Source: Parcubacteria group bacterium GW2011_GWB1_40_14
GTDB lineage: Bacteria; Patescibacteriota; Minisyncoccia; Terrybacterales; GWB1-40-14
Assembly (NCBI GenBank): GCA_000996085.1
Contig: LBYG01000002.1
Span: forward strand, 1 to 58,820
Length of the DNA: 58,820 bases
Reading direction: 5' to 3'
Positions 1 to 8,200 of this stretch are shown here, one piece after another. Made by a program: the position numbers and the translations under genes. A model generated the notes under the pieces. The model made no database searches, was not told the DNA's origin, and saw nothing but the letters and a program-made list of their open reading frames with translations. Every line of letters begins with the position of its first letter. Within the stretch, counting starts at the first letter, position 1.

Positions 1-121
1 AGCAAAATTCGTATCTCTGGAAGCGGCGCAAATATTAAAAGATCACACTGCCGTGATAGGTAAGATGGCTCAACAGGAAGGAATATCGCAGGAAGAAGTT
101 TGGGAAGGATTGCTCAAATAA
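1..121 (+). CDS. 3' end of an unidentified CDS running in from outside the window
   Basis: Open frame from nt 2 (AKFVSLEAAQILKDH...GLLK*) ending at TAA 119-121, followed by a terminator-like hairpin. Confidence 0.6.
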   Translation, partial: AKFVSLEAAQILKDHTAVIGKMAQQEGISQEEVWEGLLK

Positions 122-127
122 AAAACT

Positions 128-148
128 CCCGCATAAGATTTATGCGGG
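128..148. terminator. Probable bidirectional intrinsic terminator
   Basis: CCCGCATAA-GAT-TTATGCGGG between convergent genes. Confidence 0.6.
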
Positions 149-163
149 TAGGCGTATAATTTT

Positions 164-764
164 TTAATTAAAAAAGATAAGAGGATCTATCCATTTTGAT
201 AGATCTTCTTCTGTATTTACGTAACCGCGTATATCAAGTTTATCTTGAGAGTTATAGGGCATTATAGAAAAATGCAGATGTTTGCGCGCGCCATCGGTTT
301 CGTGTGTGTGTCCATCGCCAAGAATTCCTATTTTTTGACCTAGTTCAACGTCAGTGCCTTCAGGCAGCATTTGTTCGGGGTCAAGATGCCCGTAAAGCGC
401 AACGAACGATTGATTATTTATTTCGTGTTTAATTACAATAACTCCTCCATAGCCGGATGCGTATCTGCTTAAAATAATAGCGCCGTTTGCTATTGCTCTT
501 ACCGGAACGTCTGTCGATACGTCGCCGTATTCTATATCCACGGCATTGTGGAAACCGGTAAATTTATCAGGTTGTACCGGAGAGGTTTGCGGCGTAATAA
601 AAATTCCATACGGTTTTTTCAGTCTCAGCGCTTAAAGCTTGAGCCTTTAAAACAGCAGATTGTGTATCGGCAGAATTATTTTTTATAATAAAAAAAGACA
701 ATCCGCCGGCAATTGCAGACAGACTCATAAACGCCAATATAAGGATAAAACTCTTGAACAGCAT
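164..764 (-). pseudogene. M23 family peptidase split by a frameshift (real or sequencing error)
   Basis: ORF 567-764 has the N-terminal TM anchor. A second frame is open from 631 to 164 and reads KKPYGIFITPQTSPVQPDKFTGFHNAVD...YGHL...HLHF (M23 HxxxD and HxH motifs). The frames overlap at an A6 run (T6 at 614-619). Confidence 0.75.
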
Positions 765-865
765 AGACTAATGATAACATATTTTTATGATTTAGTCAAT
801 CAGCTCTGATTTTTTCCGAAAATTAGGGCTGGTCATTAATTCTAAAAAGAATATAATTAAAAGAT

Positions 866-2491
866 ATGATAAATATTTTAATCTCAGTAAGCATTTTTTT
901 AAGCGCATTTTTTATATCGGCACCGACTGTTTTTGCTCATGGTGAAATAGACATTACACAGATAGGACTACATGAGGGAGATATTGTACGTGCTAGTGAT
1001 GTGGCAGATCCCGACATCTTTATTATTAATCAGCAGGGATATAAGCGACTTTTTTTATCTCCTGCTATTTTTGGTTTATATGCTCATTTACGTTGGGATA
1101 ACGTAAAAGCAATTCCAAAAGCGTTATTGGATGCGATGCCCACATCAGGATTATTTCGTAACTGTGAAATAAATGATTATAAAGTACATGCGTTAGCGAC
1201 AACCGGAGAAGATGAAGCGTCTCTGCATTGGGTAAATGTAAGCGGCGATAACGCAGCAGAAGCCGATGACGATTTTTTTGAGAAAGTTTTTTGTATAAAT
1301 ACACGGGAATTCCAACATTATATATCCGCTTCAGCATATAGTTCTTTGTCGCAGATACCTTCTTATTCCCGCGCATCTGTTTTACCCGGAGGCGTTAATT
1401 TAACTACTATGCCCTTGGTACTTCCTGATGGTTATAGTATTTCTTTATTTACGCCACAAGCAGTAGGCCCGTTGCGTTTTATGGCTTTTTCACCGGACGG
1501 TATTTTGTTTGTAAGTATGTCAAGTTCCGCGGGTTTGTATTCATCGCAAAGTCAGGATGACGGAAAAATTTTTGCTATCCCTGATAAAAATAAGGATGGT
1601 GTTGCGGATCAGGCAACCGCAGTATTGACAAATTTACACCTTCCGCATGGCATTGCATTTTATAACAATTATTTATATGTAGCCGAAGAAGGGAAAGTAG
1701 TGCGTTACGCGTATCTTGGTGACTCAAATTTAGGAGCGAGAGAAGTAATTGTAACAGATCTTCCGACTGCCGGAGAACATCTTTCGCGTACAATAGGTTT
1801 TAGTCCTTCGGGTAAAATGTATATTTCGATGGGTTCTTCGTGTAATGTGTGCGAACAAAGCAATTCACATTTTGCTACTGTTCGTGAATATAATGCGGAC
1901 GGGACAGGCGGTCGGGTTTTTGCTACAGGATTAAGAAACACGGTAGGCTTTACTTTTAACCCGTCAACGGCAGAAATATGGGGAACGGATAATGGAAGAG
2001 ATTATCTTGGAGACAATCTTCCGCCGGACGAAATAAATATAATTAAAGATGGGGGAAATTATGGGTGGCCCAATTGTTACGGAAAGAATATCCATGACAC
2101 GGATTTTGATAAGAACATCTATATCCTGCTTTATCCGCCGCTTCCTTGTGGCGACAAAGAGCCTTCACTCTTCGATCTTCAAGCGCATTCTGCCGCATTG
2201 GGTTTGCGCTTTATAACGGCGCAGTTTTCAAGTTTATGGCAGGGAGATCTTTTGGTTGCGTATCACGGTTCTTGGAACAGAAGCCAATATACAGGATATA
2301 AAGTTGTAAGGCTTGATGTTGAGGGTAACAGCGTTATTGGAGAATACGATTTTATTTCTGGTTGGTTACGGCCTGATGCTTCACGTTTAGGCAGGCCGGT
2401 TGATGTTATTTTTGATAGTGACGGCGTCTTATATATTTCTGATGATAGAGCCAACGTTATATATCGCGTTTCGAAGATTAATCCCGTTTAG
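866..2491 (+). CDS. Secreted PQQ-dependent sugar/sorbosone dehydrogenase-like beta-propeller protein with an N-terminal surface repeat
   Basis: Signal peptide; motifs GSSCNVC, ATGLRNTVG, DNGRD...PPDEIN, NYGWP, AHSAALG, HGSWNR, GRPVDV. Confidence 0.85.
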   Translation: MINILISVSIFLSAFFISAPTVFAHGEIDITQIGLHEGDIVRASDVADPDIFIINQQGYKRLFLSPAIFGLYAHLRWDNVKAIPKALLDAMPTSGLFRNCEINDYKVHALATTGEDEASLHWVNVSGDNAAEADDDFFEKVFCINTREFQHYISASAYSSLSQIPSYSRASVLPGGVNLTTMPLVLPDGYSISLFTPQAVGPLRFMAFSPDGILFVSMSSSAGLYSSQSQDDGKIFAIPDKNKDGVADQATAVLTNLHLPHGIAFYNNYLYVAEEGKVVRYAYLGDSNLGAREVIVTDLPTAGEHLSRTIGFSPSGKMYISMGSSCNVCEQSNSHFATVREYNADGTGGRVFATGLRNTVGFTFNPSTAEIWGTDNGRDYLGDNLPPDEINIIKDGGNYGWPNCYGKNIHDTDFDKNIYILLYPPLPCGDKEPSLFDLQAHSAALGLRFITAQFSSLWQGDLLVAYHGSWNRSQYTGYKVVRLDVEGNSVIGEYDFISGWLRPDASRLGRPVDVIFDSDGVLYISDDRANVIYRVSKINPV

Positions 2492-2607
2492 AGGCAATCT
2501 CATCGTCTCTTATTATTATCGAATTTAAAAACAAATTATTTTTTTTGCTAGATTTACGCTTGATTTACGGAAATGCTTTAATAAAGTATTTCCTGCCTCT
2601 AACGGGA
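2482..2607. mobile_element. MITE-like TIR element, family A copy 1
   Basis: TCCCGTTTAGAGGCA...TGCCTCTAACGGGA flanked by TTAA/TTAA; overlaps the last codons of the upstream gene. Confidence 0.7.
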
Positions 2608-2623
2608 TTAATCCTTAAATATT

Positions 2624-4105
2624 ATGCTTAAAATTATGGATTCGAATAAGCTCACCATGACTCCGAGTAAGATCGAACGGGTCAAAGCAAAATATATTGT
2701 ACGCTTTGTTCTGGGGCTTGTTGTATCTGTTATATTAATAAATAATCTGGCAGAAGTTCTCAGCAATTCCCGCAATAAAAGCTTTTATCTCACTGCGGAT
2801 TTGGTACGCGCTATAGGCGATACGCGTGTTTATTATTTAGAGGAAGGTAAAAAGCGATGGGTAGAATCTTTTGAAAGTTTTCAAGCGCAAGGTTTTTCCT
2901 GGGATGCTGTGCGCACCATCGCTCCAGAGGAGCTGATGAGTCTGCCTGAAGGAGACAAGATAACATCTGCTTCACCGGTAATTCTTGCGGGTGAAGAAAC
3001 AAGACTTCCGGATCTTGTACCGCTATCCGCAGAAGAAATTCAATATGATACTTTAAATGGCAGAAAAATACTGCGTTTTACTTCTGTATTTTTAAATCAA
3101 GGGGGCGGATTTCTTGAAGTTGTAGCAAAACCCCTTACTTTATCAACAGATGCATTAAAAGAAGTATTTCAACGAGTAGTTAACACAAACGGAACGGAAC
3201 GTTTGCGCCTTACCGGTTATTTTCTCTGGCACGCCATGCACGGGCATTATCATGTTACTAATGTTATGGGTTATATGTTGGAGCCGGCAGATTCAAAAGG
3301 CACAGTTATATCCGCAAAAGAGAAAGTTAGTTTTTGTTTGCGTGACGATCGTATTGAAAATAGTTCTGTTTCCGCCGCAACGAGAACTTTCAGTACATGC
3401 ACCAGCACACGTCAAGGAGTTTCTGTCGGATGGGCGGATGTGTATAGTTATTCACTTCCGGACCAATATCTTGACGTACATGGTTTAACACCCGCTACGT
3501 ACCGTCTTCTTCTGGACAGTAATCCAAAAGGATCCATATTGGAGAATAGATTAGATAACAACCGGAGTATTGTGATTGCGTATATGGATCCTGCAAACAA
3601 TATATTTAATGTTTTGGGTAAGGCAGTACCCTTGCCGGGATTTTCTTCATTTCCTGACGGTACTACAATAAGATCGCAAAGCGATAACGTTGCCTATGTA
3701 ATGTTCCATAATAAAAAGCGTTTGTTTCCTCCGGGAATCAGCACCACAACAAGAGGCATTGTATTGCCAAACAGCATAATTGAAACAATATTTACAAATA
3801 ATCTAATAAAAAATTCTAACGGTGTGATATATGCGCTTAACGATAAAGGTTACAGACGTCTATTTCCTTCGCCTGATGCGTATAATTCATATGGATTTAA
3901 TTTTGCCGATATCGCGTTAATTTCAGAACATGAACTTGTATTATACCCTGAAGCAAAATATATTCGTCAGACAGGAAGCGATATTATATATGAAATTAGC
4001 GGCAATACTAAGAAAATCGTAAATAATATTTCAGCAATATCGCCTGATATGGTTCATGTTATAAATATAATAGATTTTAATTCATATACTACAGTAGCCA
4101 ATTAA
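2624..4105 (+). CDS. Membrane-anchored lysyl oxidase (LOX)-domain protein with surface repeats
   Basis: His-rich Cu motif WHAMHGHYH, KVSFCLRD and GWADVY (LOX-type Lys/Tyr cofactor segments); N-terminal TM helix; repeats flank the domain. Confidence 0.8.
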   Translation: MLKIMDSNKLTMTPSKIERVKAKYIVRFVLGLVVSVILINNLAEVLSNSRNKSFYLTADLVRAIGDTRVYYLEEGKKRWVESFESFQAQGFSWDAVRTIAPEELMSLPEGDKITSASPVILAGEETRLPDLVPLSAEEIQYDTLNGRKILRFTSVFLNQGGGFLEVVAKPLTLSTDALKEVFQRVVNTNGTERLRLTGYFLWHAMHGHYHVTNVMGYMLEPADSKGTVISAKEKVSFCLRDDRIENSSVSAATRTFSTCTSTRQGVSVGWADVYSYSLPDQYLDVHGLTPATYRLLLDSNPKGSILENRLDNNRSIVIAYMDPANNIFNVLGKAVPLPGFSSFPDGTTIRSQSDNVAYVMFHNKKRLFPPGISTTTRGIVLPNSIIETIFTNNLIKNSNGVIYALNDKGYRRLFPSPDAYNSYGFNFADIALISEHELVLYPEAKYIRQTGSDIIYEISGNTKKIVNNISAISPDMVHVINIIDFNSYTTVAN

Positions 4106-4112
4106 TTTTATG

Positions 4113-4250
4113 CCAGGTAGTGAAAATTCGACTGTTCGCTAAGCGAACAAGGCTACTTAGAGCAATATTATAGTTTTAATCTATTACTTTTTAAATATTA
4201 ACTATTAGAAAGAAGTTCGATAGTTTGAATGTCGAATTTCTACTACCTGG
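4113..4250 (+). mobile_element. Start-codon-inserted TIR element, family B copy 1
   Basis: TATG|CCAGGTAGTGAAAATTCGAC...GTCGAATTTCTACTACCTGG|TATG. Confidence 0.85.
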
Positions 4251-4251
4251 T

Positions 4252-4971
4252 ATGGAGTTTGATATTTTCAAAAAATATCCCAACTTAAAATACGGTATTT
4301 CAAAAAAGAGGCACGGTTCGTTAAAAAAAATTACCGCAGATTTTAATTCTGCGGATATTTTTAGAAGAAATGAAAAGGATTTTTTAACCAGAGAGGGGAT
4401 TAAAGATTCAAAAATATATGAGCTCAAGCAAGTTCACGGAAATAAAGTTTTGAATTCAGAGAATATAACCGGTAACGCTACTTTTGTTGCCGATGCTTTG
4501 GTTACCAATGCACCAAATAAAGTTTTAACTATTACCGTTGCCGATTGTTATCCAATTTATCTTTTTGATCCTACCCGCAAGATCGTTGCCATTGCTCACG
4601 CGGGTTGGCGGGGCATAACGAAAGATATTTTATGCAATGTTATAGATTATTTTGTTTTAAAGTTTTCTTCTGATCCGCAAGATATTTTAGTCGGCATAGG
4701 TCCCGGGCTGGGCAAATGCCATTTTGAGGTCAAGGAAGATGTTTTGGACAATTTTACTGCATATCCTGAAGAAATCGAACATAAAAATGGGAAAATTTTC
4801 GTTGATTTGCCCGCTATTTTGGAGAAAAAAATGCTTGAACGAGGGTTAAAGCGGGAAAATATAGAATTTTCCGGTTTGTGTACTTATTGCGAGAACGGAA
4901 AATTTTTTTCCCGGCGCAGAGATAAGAATTCCGACGAGGTAATGATGGCTTATATTGGAATGACCGTTTAA
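4252..4971 (+). CDS. pgeF: PgeF/YfiH polyphenol-oxidase-like family protein
   Basis: QVHG, ADAL, TVADCYPI, AHAGWRG, GPG..CHFEV, CTYC...FFSRRR motifs. Start placed at the ATG after the inserted element. Confidence 0.9.
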   Translation: MEFDIFKKYPNLKYGISKKRHGSLKKITADFNSADIFRRNEKDFLTREGIKDSKIYELKQVHGNKVLNSENITGNATFVADALVTNAPNKVLTITVADCYPIYLFDPTRKIVAIAHAGWRGITKDILCNVIDYFVLKFSSDPQDILVGIGPGLGKCHFEVKEDVLDNFTAYPEEIEHKNGKIFVDLPAILEKKMLERGLKRENIEFSGLCTYCENGKFFSRRRDKNSDEVMMAYIGMTV

Positions 4972-5095
4972 ATCAAATATTAAAAATCAAACATTAAAAT
5001 TTTGGTGATTCGCCCTGCGTTTGCAGGGCGAAATTATAATCCCGCCTTCGGCGGGGTACATTTATTTTGATATTTTATATTTAATTTTTGATATG
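4971..5095. repeat. Heptamer-periodic fold-back element with central GC hairpins
   Basis: A-rich 7-mers (AATCAAA/TATTAAA) on the left, T-rich 7-mers (TTTTGAT/ATTTTAT) on the right; central TTCGCCCTGC-GTTT-GCAGGGCGAA and CCCGCC-TTC-GGCGGG. Confidence 0.6.
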
Positions 5096-5098
5096 ACT

Positions 5099-5107
5099 TG
5101 TGGATAA
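5099..5107 (-). promoter_or_regulatory. Single consensus DnaA box
   Basis: TGTGGATAA is the reverse complement of TTATCCACA, in the upstream region of the giant surface protein. Confidence 0.35.
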
Positions 5108-5221
5108 CCTGTGTAGGTCAAAGTTCGTTTAAAAACATGCTATAATATAAGGGTTATTTTAATTATTTATTGGTTTATTTTAAGCCAATTTGCGTGTTAT
5201 TAACCTAAAACAAATCAATAT

Positions 5222-8200
5222 ATGTACAGTTTAATTCTTTCTAAGCAAAAACGGGTTGTTCCGGCTTTTGTTGTCGCCGTTCTTATAAGCGCGGCTTTTA
5301 TTTTTGGTATTATCTTTAATGCCAAGGGTGCTACTTTTAATATCACCTCACCTTCAGGAGGAACGTGTTATGTTTACGGAACATCTATTCCGATCTCCTG
5401 GACAGCTTCTACGTTACCAGGCGTAAATCATTACGCTGTTTATTACACAACCAATGACGGATCAACTAAAACTTTGATTCCCGGAGGCCATCCTGTGACC
5501 GGAAATTCGATTTCTTGGACTCCGGAAACTTCTGTTATTGGTTTTCCGATAAAAATTGTAATTGATGGACACGATTCTGCTCACACTACTCTTGAGTCAG
5601 CAATGTCTTCTACATCTTTCGGCGTAAGTACATCTTGCGGCGGAGGATCAAGTGCGCCTCCTGTTCCCGGTACAATTGCCGGAGCGCCAAGCGGAACTGT
5701 TGGAACTTCTTATAATTTTTCTGTAATACTTTATTCTGATCCTGACGGTCAGCAAGTGCAGGCAGTTTTTGATTGGGGTGACGGTTCATCTTTCGGTTAT
5801 TCAACTTTTATTACTCCTTCAGGCGGAGGAACTTCTACAACTCCGATTGGGCACGTTTGGAATACATCGGGAACTTATTATGTAAAAGCTAAAGCAAAAG
5901 ATTCGGGTGGTGCAGAATCCGGGTGGACTTCAACTTGGGCAATAACTATAAGCGGTGCCACCGGTTGCAGTAGCGTTCCACCCGCACCTTCAAGTTTGAC
6001 AGCGACCCCTTCATCAAGTCAGGTAGCATTGAGTTGGCCGGTCGTAACATGTGCGGATAAATATAATATTTATCGCCGCAGTCCTGCCAGCACGGGAACA
6101 TGGTCTTATGTACTGCAAGTAACTACAACGTCGCACTCTGATAGTTCTTCGATATCTCCCGGCTCCTCTTATGATTATAAAGTTGAATCTTGTTTAAGTG
6201 GTTATGGTTGTTCCGGCAATTCCGATAATTATGCTTATGCGTACAATGTACTTATTCCTGGTGGTACTGATACTACTGCGCCGACTGCACCAACCGGACT
6301 TACCGCGACCCCGTATTCTGTTTCACGGATAGATTTATCCTGGAACGCATCTACAGATAATGTGGGGGTTACAAATTATAAAATTTTCCGCAACAGCGCT
6401 TTTTGGTATCAAACCTCAGCGCTTTCTTATGCAGATACGGGCTTAACAAGTAATACGACTTATTCTTATTACATTAAGGCTGTTGATGCGGCAGGAAATG
6501 AGTCTACTGCCAGCGCTACGGCTTCGGCTGTTACGCCAAGCGGTACCGCATCATGTACCGGTTTATCGCTTACATTTGCAAACAATGACACCTCTTATGT
6601 CATCGGGGATATGGTTACATATACCTATATCTGTATTCCTGGAGGAACTGCGCCTAACGTTACGGTTCAGGTGGTTAGTCCCGGTGGTACTGCGACAACA
6701 TATAATACAGCAACCAATGTAAGCCAAAATACTCTAGGTTTTAGCACTTCAAATCTTTCTGCGGGCGACTACACATTGCGTGCTTGTTTTACCTCAAGTT
6801 GTTCTCCGGTTACGGTAAGCGCTGTGTTTTCTGTTGTGTCCGGCACTACAGGTGATAATACAGCTCCTGTTATTTCTAATTTAGGGGAACAGGATATTAT
6901 CGGCATGGGCGCAAAAGTAAAATGGCTTACCGATGATCCGTCTGATTCTTTTGTCGAATACGGTACCAGTTTTGGCAATTACACCAATAATTCAAGTTCC
7001 TATTGTTATGGTTCAGGTTTGGTTACAGATCATTGTTTGTATCTGACAAATCTTACTCTTAATACGACATATTTTTATCGGGTAAGATCTGTTAATGCGG
7101 CAGGACTTCAAATTCAGGCTACCGGCGATTTTCAATCTGCATCAGGAACAGATACTTCGGGCGTGCCACCTACACCGACCAATTTTCGTTTAGAGCCGGC
7201 TCCGGTGTCTTCGCCGACTCCGACCATATATTTAAAATGGAATGTTTCAACGGATGCGGATAAATATAATTTAAGCCGCAGTCAGCACGGACTTAACAAT
7301 TGGACGTATTTCCCGCAGTTGATGGGCAACACAAATACTTCATACGCCGATTCAAGCGTTGGAGTGAGCGTTTATTATGATTATCGGGTAGAGGCATGTC
7401 ATTCGGGTTATGGTTGCTCTACATCAAGCGCATACCTTACGAATGTTTCTGTCGGTGGTACCTCAACTACAACAACACAAAACGGTTCGGTCTCAGGGAC
7501 TGTTAAAACTTCAAGTGGCGTTGCTGTTGCGGGAGCTAATATAAATATAAGGAGTTCTGACAATGTTTATAATTTTTACACAACCGCAGCTTCGGATGGT
7601 ACATATCATTTTAATAATTTGTTCCCTTATTCTTATATTTTAACCGCATATCCTCCGTCTAATAGAACCGATCTTTCTCCTTCAAGCGCTCAAAGTGTTT
7701 CTATTGCAGCCGACCAAAATACCGTACGTGATTTGCAGTTAATTTCCGGAACAAAGATTTTGACAGGAAAAGTTTTAAGAAACGATGGACGCGCTGTAAC
7801 ATATGCTGAGGTTGGGGCTTGGCGCGCCGATGGTCAGCCTGGAGGCGGTATGGCAGCAACTGATTCAAACGGTAATTATTCTATTACTTTAAGCGGCGGC
7901 AAATGGAATGTTTCGGTTCATCCTTCTTCCGCTTCTGTCTCAAGCGCCGACTGGTTTTATAATTCTGAACCGACGCTTATAGAGTTTATTGCAGACAGTA
8001 CGACCGAAAACAAAAGCGTTAATTTTACTGTTGCATCCCAGAGTTCATTTATAATTGGTTCCGTAAGATATCCCGACGGCAGTATCCCTCCTGCTTCTTT
8101 GAGCAGTGTCGGTTTCTTTAACTCAACTACACGTATTGGCGCAGTAAGTTCAATAGCCGCAGACGGGACTTTTAAGGTTGCTATTGCCGCGGGAACATAT

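Noticed and set aside
4225..4251. N-terminal MNVEFLLPG extension of PgeF in the ORF track
   Set aside because: It derives from the inserted element; the ATG at 4252 is the better start
4191..4427. Antisense ORFs sharing the peptide IPGSRNSTF (also 26188-26391 and 50152-50391)
   Set aside because: The shared peptide is simply the reverse-strand translation of the family B right repeat, and the ORFs overlap real genes
5099..5107. Possible replication origin
   Set aside because: Only one perfect DnaA box, and no dnaA or dnaN in the window
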